64,000 bases of DNA from an uncultured Acidobacteriota bacterium (GCA_963772255.1 CAVYWK010000024.1:340992-404991), one strand, 5' to 3'. Shown: positions 1-9,478, counted from the stretch's first letter. The notes: generated by a model not told the origin, from the letters alone. Numbers and translations: made by a program.

Positions 1-198
1 TGGTTCCGCAAGTACACGCATATCGCTGCCCAGCGCAACGGTCTGGCCGTCGCGGCGGTCAGGGGAGGCACATGCCAGGGATGCTTCATCGGCGTGCGCC
101 CCAAGTTGGTCCAGGACCTGCACTATGGCGAGGAAGTGGTGTCGTGCGAGGGGTGCCAGCGCATCCTCTACCTGGATGACGCCGCAAAAAACACCTGA
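1..198 (+). CDS. C-terminal fragment of a C4-type zinc-ribbon protein (COG1579/DUF164-like); 5' end outside window
   Basis: Frame 1 is open from base 1 to TGA at 196-198. The translation ...RGGTCQGCFIGVRPKLVQDLHYGEEVVSCEGCQRILYLDD has the paired CxxC...CxxC ending typical of this family. Confidence 0.6.
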   Translation, partial: WFRKYTHIAAQRNGLAVAAVRGGTCQGCFIGVRPKLVQDLHYGEEVVSCEGCQRILYLDDAAKNT

Positions 199-230
199 TG
201 CGGGCCTGATCCATCTCACAGCAAGCAGGG

Positions 231-259
231 GAAAAGGGCCGCGGTGACGGCCCTTTTTC
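231..259 (+). terminator. Rho-independent terminator hairpin
   Basis: aaaagggccg-cggtga-cggccctttt: perfect 10-bp stem flanked by an A-tract and a T-tract, directly after the stop at 198. Confidence 0.7.
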
Positions 260-290
260 CGTATTTCGACCATTCAGGAGGTAGATGTCC

Positions 291-851
291 ATGAGACTCC
301 CCCCCACGCTCATCGAACTCCTCTCCCGAAATCTCGTCATGGGTCTCGTCGAGAGGGGCATTCTGGCAAGCGATCGTCCCGAGCGGACGATTGAGAAAGC
401 GGCCCATCTGGTCACCTCGGACCTGATGGTGGAAGACGAAATCACCGAGGAGGCGCGCCAGATCCTCCTGGAGCACCAGGGTGAGCTCAAAGGCCAGGAT
501 GTGGAGTACCACTCCCTCATGGGGCGAGCCAAGGGCCAGCTGGCGGCGAGGCGGGGCTACGTTCTCTCTTCGGGTCCCGGCAGGCTGTCTCGGGAGAAGA
601 TGCAGGATCTGACCACCAAGCTCTTTGACATGCTTCTGAGGGACCCCGACGTCGAGTATTTCGTGAAGGACCAGGACTTGCGAAATGCCGTCCTGAGGGC
701 CCTGGAGCACGAGATGGCCCACGATGCGGCGCGGGAGGAAAAGGCGAAGGAGAAGGTGCGACGGATCCGGCGCAACATTCCTGAGGAATCCGCAGAATTT
801 CACGCCCTGTTCCAGCAGTTTTACCGGGAACTGCTCGACAAGGGGCAATGA
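291..851 (+). CDS. DUF507 family protein (two DUF507-like halves)
   Basis: ORF 285..851. AGGAGG at 276-281 fits the ATG at 291 better than the one at 285. The second half (RLSREKMQDLTTKLFDML...IPEESAEFHALFQQFYRELLDKG) resembles DUF507 as I recall it. Confidence 0.55.
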   Translation: MRLPPTLIELLSRNLVMGLVERGILASDRPERTIEKAAHLVTSDLMVEDEITEEARQILLEHQGELKGQDVEYHSLMGRAKGQLAARRGYVLSSGPGRLSREKMQDLTTKLFDMLLRDPDVEYFVKDQDLRNAVLRALEHEMAHDAAREEKAKEKVRRIRRNIPEESAEFHALFQQFYRELLDKGQ

Positions 852-855
852 TTTT

Positions 856-1003
856 AGTAAGTAGGTTAGTAGGTGAGTAGGGCAGTAGGGTTAGTAGGTG
901 AGTGGGGCAGGCGGAACACGAGGAAAGTTGCGTCCAAACAGGCAAAAATCGGTCGAGCCGAACTTCTTTCCCTACTCACTTACTCTCCTACTCTCCTACT
1001 CAC
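856..1003. repeat. Inverted pair of 8-mer tandem arrays (GNNAGTAG x6 at 856-907; CTACTCNC-type x4 at 971-1003) around a 63-nt core
   Basis: Read directly: agtaagtaggttagtaggtgagtagggcagtagggttagtaggtgagtgggg ... cctactcacttactctcctactctcctactcac. The arms are approximate reverse complements. Confidence 0.8.
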
Positions 1004-1052
1004 GGCCCGATCTCCCGCGTGATATACTTCCGCTTTCGCAATAGGGGTTTTC

Positions 1053-1424
1053 ATGAAAAAGGACTGCTTTTCTCAAGATTTCGTAGACGCCGAGAAGTTC
1101 CGCGAGTGCGCGACCTGCCATCTGTTCGACGAGTGCACCCAGACGGTCACGCTGAAGGGCGCCAAGAAGGCCTCCAATGTCGGGCAGGTGCTGGGGTTCC
1201 TCCTCGCCGCGGCGACCCTCGGAGTGGCGCTGATGACCTGGGGGAACATGCCCCACGGCGCGCCGTGGCTCGCCTTGACGGCCCTCGTCTACGCGCTCTC
1301 GGTCTACCGGGCCGGCAAGGAATACGGGGAGGACAACCTCGAACAGCGGGAGCATCTGGATCGCGCGGCTGATGCGAAGCCGTTGGCGCCCGCGGGCGAG
1401 CAACCGCATGGGGCGCATCACTAA
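1053..1424 (+). CDS. Hypothetical small membrane protein (Cys-rich N-terminus, two predicted TM helices)
   Basis: 123-aa ORF with AGGGG 6 nt upstream of the ATG. Hydrophobic stretches VLGFLLAAATLGVALM and WLALTALVYALSVY. No family recognised. Confidence 0.45.
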   Translation: MKKDCFSQDFVDAEKFRECATCHLFDECTQTVTLKGAKKASNVGQVLGFLLAAATLGVALMTWGNMPHGAPWLALTALVYALSVYRAGKEYGEDNLEQREHLDRAADAKPLAPAGEQPHGAHH

Positions 1425-1430
1425 GAAATA

Positions 1431-1499
1431 GGGAGCAGGGAGCGGGGAGAAGGGGAGCAGGAAAGAATCCTCCCTCCCGGCTACCCGCTCCCCGCTCCC
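1431..1499. repeat. Inverted GGGAGC-type 7-mer arrays forming a long GC hairpin
   Basis: gggagcagggagcggggagaaggggagcagg (1431-1461) and cctccctcccggctacccgctccccgctccc (1469-1499). Confidence 0.75.
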
Positions 1500-1530
1500 G
1501 AACTTCGAGGCCCTGCCTTCAGGGGAATTT

Positions 1531-3510
1531 ATGGGACGCTTCTACATCACGACCCCCATCTACTACGTGAACGACTACCCGCACATCGGGCACGCCTACT
1601 GCACGATCTGCGCCGACTTCCTCGCCCGCTACCACCGTCTGAAGGGTGACGCCACGTATTTTCTGACGGGCACCGACGAGCACGGCCAGAAGGTTCAGAA
1701 GTCCGCCGCCGCCGAGGGCATCTCCCCCAAGGACCTGGCGGACCGGGTGGTGCAGCGCTACTACCCCCTCTGGAAGAGCCTCCTCATCACGAACGACGAC
1801 TTCATCCGCACCACCGACGAGCGCCACAAGCGAGGCGTCCTGGCCGTCCTGGCGCGCCTGCAAGCCGCGGGCGACATCTACAAGGCCTCCTACTCGGGTC
1901 CCTACTGCGTGTCCTGCGAGGCGTTCTTCCCGGAAAATCAAGTGGTGGACGGCAAGTGCCCCGACTTCGGCCACCCCATGACGACCCTGGAGGAGGAGTC
2001 CTATTTCTTCCGCCTGAGCAAGTACCAGGAGCCCCTCCTCAAGCTCTATGCCGAGCGGCCCGACTTCGTCCTTCCCGAGAGCCGCATGAACGAGGTCAGG
2101 GCCTTCGTTGCGGGGGGGCTCAAGGACCTGTCCATCTCCCGGACCTCCATCACCTGGGGCATCCCCTATCCGGGGGACGAACGCCACGTCCTCTACGTCT
2201 GGCTGGACGCTCTCTCCAACTACATCTCGGCCCTGGGGTTCGGCTCGGACGAGACGGTGAAATACGAGACGTACTGGCCGGCCCAGGTGCACCTTATCGG
2301 CAAGGACATCCTGCGCTTCCACGCCGTCTACTGGCCGGCCTTCTTGTTGAGCGCAGGGCTCCCCCTGCCCGAGCACGTCTTCGGCCACGGATGGTGGATG
2401 AAAGACGCCAACAAGATGAGCAAGTCTCTGGGCAATGTGGTGGACCCGCGTCCCTACCTCGACGAATTTGGACCCGACGCCGTGCGCTACTTCCTCCTGC
2501 GCGAAAAGCCCATCGGGACGGACGGCAGCTTTTCCGACGAGGCCTTCCTGGACCGCCTCAACGCCGACCTGGCCAACGATCTGGGCAACCTCGGCTCGCG
2601 CCTGACCAACCTCCTGGAGAAGCAGGCGGACGGCAAGGTGGGCGCGGGGGACGGGACCCTCAAGGCCCGCGCCGGCGCCATGCTGGACGCCTACCACACC
2701 GCCATGGAGGCCTACGCCCCCCGGGAGGCGCTGGAGGCCGTGTGGGCCCTCCTTTCCGACTTGAACAAGTTCCTCGTGGAGCGCGAGCCCTGGAAGAAGA
2801 CCGGCACGCAGGACGCACTGGACGCGCTCTCCGAGGCCGCCCGCGCCCTGCGGCTCTGCGCCCTCTGCGTGGAACCCGCCACGCCCCTCGCGGGCCCGGC
2901 CATCGCCAGGGCCCTGGGCTTCGATCCCACCGACTTCATCAACTTCCGCTGGGAAGACAGGCAGCACCAGCCGGCCCGCAAGCTCACGGGGTTGTTCCCG
3001 CGGGTGGACAAGGCGGAGTACTTCGGAAGAGATCGAGTCCACGAGTCCACGAGCCCGCGGGCCCACGAAGGGAAAAGGAATAAAGAGGGGAAGATGGAAG
3101 AAGAGAAGAAGCAGCCCGAAGGTATGGCAGTAACGCCTCAGGTTACCCCCGCCCAGGCGCCGGCGGTCCCCGCGGAGCCCGCATTGGAAAAGGTCTCCAT
3201 CGACCACTTCCGCCAGGTCCAGATGCGCGCCGGCAAAATCGTCGAGGCGGAGAGGGTTCCCAAGAGCAACAAGCTGATCCGGATGGTGGTGGACTTCGGC
3301 GGCGAAACCCGCCAAATCGTCGGCGGCATCGGCAAGAAGTACGAGCCCGAGTCCCTCGTCGGCAAGACCTGCCCCTTCGTCTTCAACCTCCAGCCCGCCA
3401 AGCTCATGGGCGTGGAAAGCAACGGCATGATCATGGCCGGAAATCTCAACGGCGAGCCGGTTCTTCTCCAATTCCTCGAAGACGTGCCCCCAGGGAGCCC
3501 GATTACCTGA
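1531..3510 (+). CDS. metG: Methionine--tRNA ligase with C-terminal tRNA-binding (Trbp111/EMAP-like) domain
   Basis: 659-aa ORF with class-I motifs PHIGHAY and KMSKS, Zn-knuckle cysteines (CVSCEAFF...CPDFGHP), and a C-terminal VQMRAGKIVEAERVPKSNKLIRMVVDFGGE tRNA-binding fold. Confidence 0.95.
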   Translation: MGRFYITTPIYYVNDYPHIGHAYCTICADFLARYHRLKGDATYFLTGTDEHGQKVQKSAAAEGISPKDLADRVVQRYYPLWKSLLITNDDFIRTTDERHKRGVLAVLARLQAAGDIYKASYSGPYCVSCEAFFPENQVVDGKCPDFGHPMTTLEEESYFFRLSKYQEPLLKLYAERPDFVLPESRMNEVRAFVAGGLKDLSISRTSITWGIPYPGDERHVLYVWLDALSNYISALGFGSDETVKYETYWPAQVHLIGKDILRFHAVYWPAFLLSAGLPLPEHVFGHGWWMKDANKMSKSLGNVVDPRPYLDEFGPDAVRYFLLREKPIGTDGSFSDEAFLDRLNADLANDLGNLGSRLTNLLEKQADGKVGAGDGTLKARAGAMLDAYHTAMEAYAPREALEAVWALLSDLNKFLVEREPWKKTGTQDALDALSEAARALRLCALCVEPATPLAGPAIARALGFDPTDFINFRWEDRQHQPARKLTGLFPRVDKAEYFGRDRVHESTSPRAHEGKRNKEGKMEEEKKQPEGMAVTPQVTPAQAPAVPAEPALEKVSIDHFRQVQMRAGKIVEAERVPKSNKLIRMVVDFGGETRQIVGGIGKKYEPESLVGKTCPFVFNLQPAKLMGVESNGMIMAGNLNGEPVLLQFLEDVPPGSPIT

Positions 3511-3566
3511 GGGGCAGGACGTTGGAACTTGTAAGTGGGTGAGTGGGCAATCAGGCGCCAAGAATT

Positions 3567-3600
3567 CGGGGCGGAGCCGGTCACGAGACCGGCCCCGCCC
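3567..3600. terminator. Bidirectional terminator hairpin between convergent metG and 3639..4349
   Basis: ggggcggagccggtc-acga-gaccggccccgccc followed by ttgtcgttt. Confidence 0.6.
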
Positions 3601-3638
3601 TTGTCGTTTATCCAATGAGGGTCGCCGGGGTCTTGTGC

Positions 3639-4349
3639 TCAGAGGCCCTTGCCCACCTCGAGGGTCGGGGGGTCGCCGGGTTTCAGCTGCCAGGTGGTCT
3701 CCGCTTGCTTGCAGACCGCGTCCAGGAAGGCTTGGATCGGGACCTCATCCATCTTGATGGTCACCTTCTTGCCCGTCAGTGACGTGTCCATGAGGAGCTT
3801 GGCGTCCAGGAGGCGTGCGGCCATCTTCATGGAATCGGCGAGCTCGGCGTCCTTGAGGTCGATGCTGACCACGACGTCCTTCTTGCCCTGGTCGGATACC
3901 GTCCTCCGGACCCGCACTTCGGCCTTGGCCTCGGGCTCCCCTGCCTTGGGCGGACCGCCCCGCTCCTCCACCTTGATGAGTCGCCGTTGGGTATCGCCCT
4001 GGGGCGCGGCGGGGGCACAGGTGATCCTCAGCACGGTGGGAGTGCCAGGCGCGAGGGCCCAATCCAATCCCGCGCTCTCGCAGATGGCGCTCAGGCTCGT
4101 GCGGACCTTGAGCTCCTCGAAGGAAATGCTGATCTGTCTGTCCTGGGCGCATTGGTAGTCCACCTCCACGCCCAGAAGATCCTTGTAGAGTCCCAGCACC
4201 TTCTTCACGGAAGAGTCCTTCAGACTGAGGCTGACGCGCTCCGAGTCCATCTTTTGTTCGACGCTTGTGACGTCCGCCCCGAGGACGTGCCATGTGAGTG
4301 CCATGCAGGCCGCCGAAAGGACGAGTCCACTCCAGAGTTTCCTGTTCAT
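3639..4349 (-). CDS. Secreted protein of the ECF-sigma operon (two STN-like short repeats)
   Basis: 236-aa ORF with signal peptide MNRKLWSGLVLSAACMALTWHVLGA. Two similar segments: VSLSLKDSSVKKVLGLYKDLLGVEV and VSIDLKDAELADSMKMAARLLDAKL. ATGA start/stop overlap with the upstream gene. Confidence 0.5.
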   Translation of the reverse strand: MNRKLWSGLVLSAACMALTWHVLGADVTSVEQKMDSERVSLSLKDSSVKKVLGLYKDLLGVEVDYQCAQDRQISISFEELKVRTSLSAICESAGLDWALAPGTPTVLRITCAPAAPQGDTQRRLIKVEERGGPPKAGEPEAKAEVRVRRTVSDQGKKDVVVSIDLKDAELADSMKMAARLLDAKLLMDTSLTGKKVTIKMDEVPIQAFLDAVCKQAETTWQLKPGDPPTLEVGKGL

Positions 4350-4810
4350 GTGTCACCTCCGATGATCCAGTACCGCACCCTGCCCTCCGGTAACACGGCG
4401 GCCATGCAGCCGTCCCGGTTGAAGATCTCCACCACGCCCGGCGCGTGACCCGCCGGTCGCCGCGCCGCATCCCGCGGCCCGGTCGCCGGGACCAGGAGTT
4501 CCACTTCGCCGGAGGCATTCGTGATGAGCGCCACGGGGCCTTGAACGGCGCGCGCCCGCCGGATCACCTGCGGCTCCTGGTGGGGGCCGAGCGAGAGGAA
4601 TCCCCACGCCAGCAACCCCAGGGCCGCCGCCGCCGCAGGCAGACGCCAGTCCCAGCGCCGCGTCGGTTCCGGTCCGGGCTCCGTGCGAAGAGCGTGGCGC
4701 ACCACGCGCCGCACCTGGTCCTCCGACGGCGCCAGCCCCTCCCGGAGCCAGCTTTCCACGGGATCAGGAGCCCGCACGGACATCCTCGTGTTCCGGTTCT
4801 CGGAATCCAT
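4346..4810 (-). CDS. Putative single-pass anti-sigma factor
   Basis: Within ORF 4346..4954. GGAG sits 7 nt before the ATG at 4810. One TM helix (LPAAAAALGLLAWGFLSL). The gene overlaps the end of the ECF sigma gene. The call rests on position only. Confidence 0.4.
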   Translation of the reverse strand: MDSENRNTRMSVRAPDPVESWLREGLAPSEDQVRRVVRHALRTEPGPEPTRRWDWRLPAAAAALGLLAWGFLSLGPHQEPQVIRRARAVQGPVALITNASGEVELLVPATGPRDAARRPAGHAPGVVEIFNRDGCMAAVLPEGRVRYWIIGGDT

Positions 4811-5291
4811 GGCCCAACTCCATCGAGGACGAAAGCCTCTGGCGGGCCCGGTGGACCCGCATCTTGAACGCGGAGGAGGTGATCCCAAGCACCCGGGCGG
4901 CGTCCTCCACGCCCATCTCGGGATCGGCGGCCAGGAGAATGGCCTCCCGGTCACGCTCGGTCAGCCTGCCCAATGCCCGCAAGGCTCCTTGGAGACGCTC
5001 ACGGTCCGCACTCCTGGTCTCGGGCCCCGGTGCCGGGTGAGGCCGCGATTCGAGGAGGTCGAGCGGGAGAAACCGGAGGAGCCTGCGCCGCCAGCGGTGG
5101 GCCTGGCGCCTGGCCACCGTGTACGCAAAGGCCGCGGGGGACTGGGGAGGCCCCTGGGTCCTCCAATAGCGGATTAGAGACGAGAGGGCCTCCTGTGCCA
5201 GTTCCTCCCCCTCCGCGGGGCTGCGCGTGAGGCCGGTACAGAATCGGAGCAGTTCGGGTGCCAGGCGCTCGATGGCGCTCTCCAGGTCCAT
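4764..5291 (-). CDS. ECF (sigma-70 family, group IV) RNA polymerase sigma factor
   Basis: 175 aa. Region 2-like EELAQEALSSLIRYW and region 4 HTH LTERDREAILLAADPEMGVEDAARVLGITSSAFKMRVHRARQRL. Confidence 0.85.
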   Translation of the reverse strand: MDLESAIERLAPELLRFCTGLTRSPAEGEELAQEALSSLIRYWRTQGPPQSPAAFAYTVARRQAHRWRRRLLRFLPLDLLESRPHPAPGPETRSADRERLQGALRALGRLTERDREAILLAADPEMGVEDAARVLGITSSAFKMRVHRARQRLSSSMELGHGFREPEHEDVRAGS

Positions 5292-5340
5292 AGACTTCCT
5301 AGTACCGCAGAGGCGTTGCGGTCACACCGATCATAGCCTG

Positions 5341-6234
5341 CTAATCCTCCATGGGGTGTTTGTGGTCACGCACATCCTGGTCGGCCTGCTGGAGGATGGG
5401 CGCGAAGGCGTTGTAGGCCAGCGTGACGCCCAAGGCGAACACCGCAGCACCCACCCCCAGCAGGACGCTCACATGGCTGGGGGAGGTGAGGGCGAGGCGT
5501 ATGAACACGGTGGCCACGGCGTATCCGGAATTCCTGAACACGAAGCTGTAGGTGGAACTGTAGCGGAGCGAAATGAGCACCATCAGGATGTCGCTGAAAA
5601 TGAGGACCGTGAAGAAGATCTCGAAAAACGGGTAGATGGCCTGACCCGAGAAAACATGCGCCAGGTCCACGGCGCCGATGAGGATGAACAGCACGAAGAG
5701 GGACAGGGAGATGAGCTTCTTGATGGCGATGAAGCTGGCCTTGTCGTGTGTGTCCATGGTGATGGGCCGTCGCTTCTGGCTCCTGTAATAGAGTCCCAGC
5801 ACGACGAAGATGACCAGGGCGCCCGAGGCCAGGGAACCCATCTCCAGCAGGACGGGCTTCACCTGGGTCCAATCCACGGGCTCCTGAAAGGCCGCCAGCT
5901 CCTTGATGGCCTGCCGGATCAGGATGAGGGAGAGGATCTCGAACTGCTTGCCGAGGGAGTAGGAAACCGACTCGGCCAGGTTGAACACGAGGGCGATCAC
6001 TTCGAAAAGCAGCAGGAGGGTGAAGGCAAGGTTCACGGCGTGGAAGTGGTTGAGGGGCACCAGGAGGCGGAGGCCTTCGGGGAGCCAGCCCTGCCGGTTG
6101 ACCTCGATGGCGAGGAGGGCCACCAGGAAGGTCGTCACGAGGATGGTTCCGATGCGGTGCTGGGTCGTCCTGCTGTCCCAACGTCGATCGAGCCCGTCGA
6201 AGAGGCGGCTCACGCGCTCCAAAACGATGTTCAT
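5341..6234 (-). CDS. Polytopic inner-membrane protein, unknown function
   Basis: ORF 5341..6417, trimmed to the ATG at 6234 (GAGGG 8 nt upstream). Multiple hydrophobic helices. No family recognised. Confidence 0.5.
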   Translation of the reverse strand: MNIVLERVSRLFDGLDRRWDSRTTQHRIGTILVTTFLVALLAIEVNRQGWLPEGLRLLVPLNHFHAVNLAFTLLLLFEVIALVFNLAESVSYSLGKQFEILSLILIRQAIKELAAFQEPVDWTQVKPVLLEMGSLASGALVIFVVLGLYYRSQKRRPITMDTHDKASFIAIKKLISLSLFVLFILIGAVDLAHVFSGQAIYPFFEIFFTVLIFSDILMVLISLRYSSTYSFVFRNSGYAVATVFIRLALTSPSHVSVLLGVGAAVFALGVTLAYNAFAPILQQADQDVRDHKHPMED

Positions 6235-6565
6235 CACGGCGCCCTCTTTCCTAGTATAGCGTCCATCTTGAAATGTTGGAGGTCGGAAGGAGTGAGGAGT
6301 GAGGAGTGAAAAGTAAAAAGTGAAAAGCACAAACGAGCCGCGAGCCGCGATGGGCGGGGGTTCGTACTGCAAATTACGAATCAGAGGAGGGGCCAATGCC
6401 TGGAGCCCCACTAGCATTGCCCAATCCCCTCATCACCTTATCTCCCAGGCCCCTGTCCCGTTCCGCATTCCGGGATGAAAACCAGTCTAGCTCAGCTCAC
6501 GGCTGGAGCCATCTTGTCATGAGCCCTCGCATGACCTAATCTGCGAGGGGAGGGCGACGTCCACC

Positions 6566-7816
6566 ATGAAGCCACTGAACCCCTGCGAACTGGAGATCGA
6601 CCTCTTCTGCCGTGGCATCCGAATCGATCCCTCCTGCGCCCTCGCGGAGGACGGCCGGTTCTTCTCGCGCACGCGCGCCGGCCTGGGTTCCGGCCTGGAA
6701 CTCGTGATCCCCGCGCCGGGCAAGGACATCTGGCTCAACGTCCCGGTGGAGGAGGACTTCGCCTCCGCGTCGCCCTACCGGCTGGTGAAGTGGGGAGACC
6801 AGTATTTCACCCGGGACGACCGGGACGACACGCTCTCCTACCGGGTCACCATCCCCCCCCAGCCCGAATGGTACGACCGGGCCACGAGCAAGGGCACGCC
6901 CATGAGCAAGGTGGGCGTCCTCCAGGGCACCTATCTGGGAATCTACATCAGCAATTCCTGCCTCTACTGGTACACGACTCCCAGCCAGGCCTGCAAGTTC
7001 TGCACCACGGGCCTCAACGTGGGTGTGAACGAGGTGGCCGTCAAGAACCTGGACGATGTGGTGGAGACGGCCCTCGCCGCCAAGGCCGAGAGCGGGGTCA
7101 CCTTCGTGCACTTCAACTCCGGGTACCAGCACGAGGGGAAGGGTCTGGATGAAGCGGCCCCGTATGTGAAGGCCGTGAAGGAGCGCGTGGGCGCTTTGGT
7201 AGGTGTCCAGGTCACGCCCAGCAAGGACCTGTGGAAGTACGACTGGCTCATGGACCTGGGCGCGGACCACTTCTCCTTCTGCTACGAGTTCCACAACCCG
7301 GATTACTTCGCCAAGTATCTGCCGGGCAAGCAGGCGACCATCGGCCAGCGGGCGTTCTTCGAGGCCATGGAGCACTGTGCCAAGCGCATGGGCCCCGGGC
7401 GGAACTCGGGCGAGATCATCGCCGGCGTGGAGCCCATCGAGGACACCCTGAGGGCCATCGACTACATCGTCTCCATCGGGTGCTTCCCCACGGTGTGCAT
7501 CTTCCGGCCGGTCATCGGGGCCGAGATGGAGCAATTCCCGTCGCCGGCTTACGAGGACATGGTCATCGTCATGCGTCACATGTACCGGGCGTGCATGAAG
7601 GCCGGGCTGCCCATCGGCATGACCCCCAACATCCAGGTCAGCCTCATCGTGAACCCCGAGGACGCCCGGTTTCTGGAGCCCCCGGGCCCGCGCAAGGCGT
7701 TCTACGAGGCCAAGCTGAAGGCGTACAAAACCGCGGCGAAGCCGCTGTTCTGGTGGAAGATGAGGATGCGGCCGAGACCCGCGCAGATGAAAGACTATAA
7801 TCCAATACTCAGATAG
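6566..7816 (+). CDS. Radical-SAM-superfamily-like protein with atypical Cys spacing
   Basis: 416-aa ORF. CLYWYTTPSQACKFC gives Cx10CxxC rather than CxxxCxxC. VTFVHFNSG and SGEIIAGVEP resemble the GGE and GxIxGxxE motifs of BioB/HydE-type enzymes. Confidence 0.45.
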   Translation: MKPLNPCELEIDLFCRGIRIDPSCALAEDGRFFSRTRAGLGSGLELVIPAPGKDIWLNVPVEEDFASASPYRLVKWGDQYFTRDDRDDTLSYRVTIPPQPEWYDRATSKGTPMSKVGVLQGTYLGIYISNSCLYWYTTPSQACKFCTTGLNVGVNEVAVKNLDDVVETALAAKAESGVTFVHFNSGYQHEGKGLDEAAPYVKAVKERVGALVGVQVTPSKDLWKYDWLMDLGADHFSFCYEFHNPDYFAKYLPGKQATIGQRAFFEAMEHCAKRMGPGRNSGEIIAGVEPIEDTLRAIDYIVSIGCFPTVCIFRPVIGAEMEQFPSPAYEDMVIVMRHMYRACMKAGLPIGMTPNIQVSLIVNPEDARFLEPPGPRKAFYEAKLKAYKTAAKPLFWWKMRMRPRPAQMKDYNPILR

Positions 7817-7913
7817 GGTTGAGAGTTGAGAGTTGTGGGTCGAGAGGTGAGAGCCGAGGGTTGAAGTCAGTTGGGAATTCGCGATCACCCGATCACCTGA
7901 TCACCCGATCACC
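7817..7913. repeat. Tandem arrays GTTGAGA-type (7817-7866) and GATCACCY x4 (7883-7913)
   Basis: Read directly: ggttgagagttgagagttgtgggtcgagaggtgagag... and gatcacccgatcacctgatcacccgatcacc. Confidence 0.8.
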
Positions 7914-7929
7914 TTTTTCCGGGAGCCCC

Positions 7930-8232
7930 ATGGCGCGGCAATGGACCGAGGAGACGGCAAAATGGCTCTGCGTCGCGGCGGGCGCGGCGCTGATCTTCTT
8001 CGCGGCGGTCATCGGCGGGCGCGTGGCCGCCTACAAGGGGCTCTGGCGTGTCCCGGACATGGGGACTTGGGCAAACATCGCCTTGTGGGTCGTTCTCGCC
8101 GCCGCACTGCTATTCGCCATGGACCGCGGCATACCGCGGGAAGGGCCGTGGTCGTCGCGACTCTACTGGATGCGGCGCGGCCTTCTGGTCGCCTCGTTTG
8201 CGACCATCGCGGCGATGGCGTGGTTGAAGTAA
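7930..8232 (+). CDS. Small membrane protein, unknown function
   Basis: ORF 7819..8232 trimmed to the ATG at 7930, preceded by GGGAG. Three hydrophobic helices. Confidence 0.4.
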   Translation: MARQWTEETAKWLCVAAGAALIFFAAVIGGRVAAYKGLWRVPDMGTWANIALWVVLAAALLFAMDRGIPREGPWSSRLYWMRRGLLVASFATIAAMAWLK

Positions 8233-8233
8233 C

Positions 8234-8388
8234 GGGAGCAGGGAGCGGGAAGCGGGGAGCTGGGAGCAGAAAAGGCAAAGAGACGGACCGGCAGCAGAAG
8301 TGGCGTAGAACGATTCGAGGGGTACAAGGCCAATCGAAGGGGACCCTTCAATCCCCTCCTGCTCTCTGCTCCCGGCTCCCGTTCTCCC
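8234..8388. repeat. Inverted GGGAGC / GCTCCC 7-mer arrays around an ~83-nt lower-GC core
   Basis: gggagcagggagcgggaagcggggagctgggagcag (8234-8269) and cccctcctgctctctgctcccggctcccgttctccc (8353-8388). Confidence 0.8.
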
Positions 8389-8407
8389 GGCCCTTAACGG
8401 AGATCCC

Positions 8408-9433
8408 ATGAAAGCGATCTTGGTCAAGAAGCACGGAGATGTGGATCAGATGGTCCTGGGGGACGTACCCGCGCCGGTGGCTCAAGCCGGAGAGCTCCTC
8501 ATCGCGGTGAAAACGGCGGGGGTAAACTTCGCCGACATCCTCTCCCGCCTGGGCATCTACAAGGCTGCGCCCAAACCGCCCTTCGTGCCGGGCATCGAGG
8601 TGGCGGGCACCGTGGAAACCGTAGGCGAGGGCGTCACGGGGTTCGTTCCGGGTGACCGAGTGATGGCTTTCTGCACCTTCGGCGGGTACGCCGAGAAGGT
8701 GTCCGTCCCGGCGCCATTCGCCATGAGAGTGCCTCAGGACATGACTTTCAACGAGGCGGCGGCCTTTCCCGTGCAGTACCTCACCGCCTACCACGGGCTC
8801 TTCCAGCTCGCCCACGTCCGCAAGGAGGATGCGGTGCTCGTCCATGCCGCGGCGGGAGGCGTGGGCATCGCGAGCCTTCAGCTTCTGAACCCCACGGGCG
8901 CGAGAGTCTTCGCCACCGTGGGCAGCGAGGCCAAGGCCAAGGTGGTCCTGGAGGAATGCCCGAGGGCGCGCGTCATCAACTACTCGGTGCAGGACTTTGC
9001 GAAGGTGATCCGGGAGGAGACGGGCGGAACCGGACTGAGCGTGGTCATGGACTCCATCGGTGGCGAGACTTTCAAGAAGTCGTGGGATCTGCTCGCCCCT
9101 TACGGCCGCCACATCCTGTTCGGGGCGGCCGCGGCGGTGAAGCCTGGCGCCATCGCCCAACTCGGCGCCCTCTGGCGCCTTCGCAAGATGCTCCTGATCT
9201 CCCCTCTCGCCATGATCGACAAGAACCGGACGCTCAGCGCGTTCAACCTCTACCACCTGGCTTCGCGCCCCGATCTCATGGGGGAGGCCACGGCGGCGTT
9301 GCTCGACCTTCGGGCCAAAGGGGTGGTGAAGCCCCGCGTGGGACTTTCCCTACCGCTGGAAAAGTCGGCCGAGGCCCATCGCCGCATGCAGGACCGCCAG
9401 ACCGTCGGCAAGGTGGTCCTCACGGTGGGGTGA
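8408..9433 (+). CDS. Zinc-type alcohol dehydrogenase / NADPH:quinone oxidoreductase family (MDR) protein
   Basis: 341 aa. GVNFADI, PFVPGIEVAGTV and the AAGGVG nucleotide-binding motif. Overall MDR/Qor-like layout. Confidence 0.85.
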   Translation: MKAILVKKHGDVDQMVLGDVPAPVAQAGELLIAVKTAGVNFADILSRLGIYKAAPKPPFVPGIEVAGTVETVGEGVTGFVPGDRVMAFCTFGGYAEKVSVPAPFAMRVPQDMTFNEAAAFPVQYLTAYHGLFQLAHVRKEDAVLVHAAAGGVGIASLQLLNPTGARVFATVGSEAKAKVVLEECPRARVINYSVQDFAKVIREETGGTGLSVVMDSIGGETFKKSWDLLAPYGRHILFGAAAAVKPGAIAQLGALWRLRKMLLISPLAMIDKNRTLSAFNLYHLASRPDLMGEATAALLDLRAKGVVKPRVGLSLPLEKSAEAHRRMQDRQTVGKVVLTVG

Positions 9434-9478
9434 GAAAAGGCGACAGGAGCATTTCGGAATTGGCATTCTGGAATTGAA

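Noticed and set aside
1053-1424. CATCH (CxxCH) in the small membrane protein as a c-type heme site.
   Set aside because: The motif lies in the N-terminal segment before the TM helices with no signal peptide, so a periplasmic heme-attachment location is not supported. More likely it is part of a Cys-rich metal-binding knuckle, or chance.
1519-3615. Very long antisense ORFs opposite real genes. Examples: 1519..3615 opposite metG, 6536..7888, 37516..39444, 40900..42453, 47877..50924, 50578..52482 and 59447..60601.
   Set aside because: These are typical mirror ORFs of high-GC DNA. Their translations are Arg/Gly/Pro/Ala/His-rich with no recognisable motifs, and the opposite strand encodes proteins with clear family signatures.
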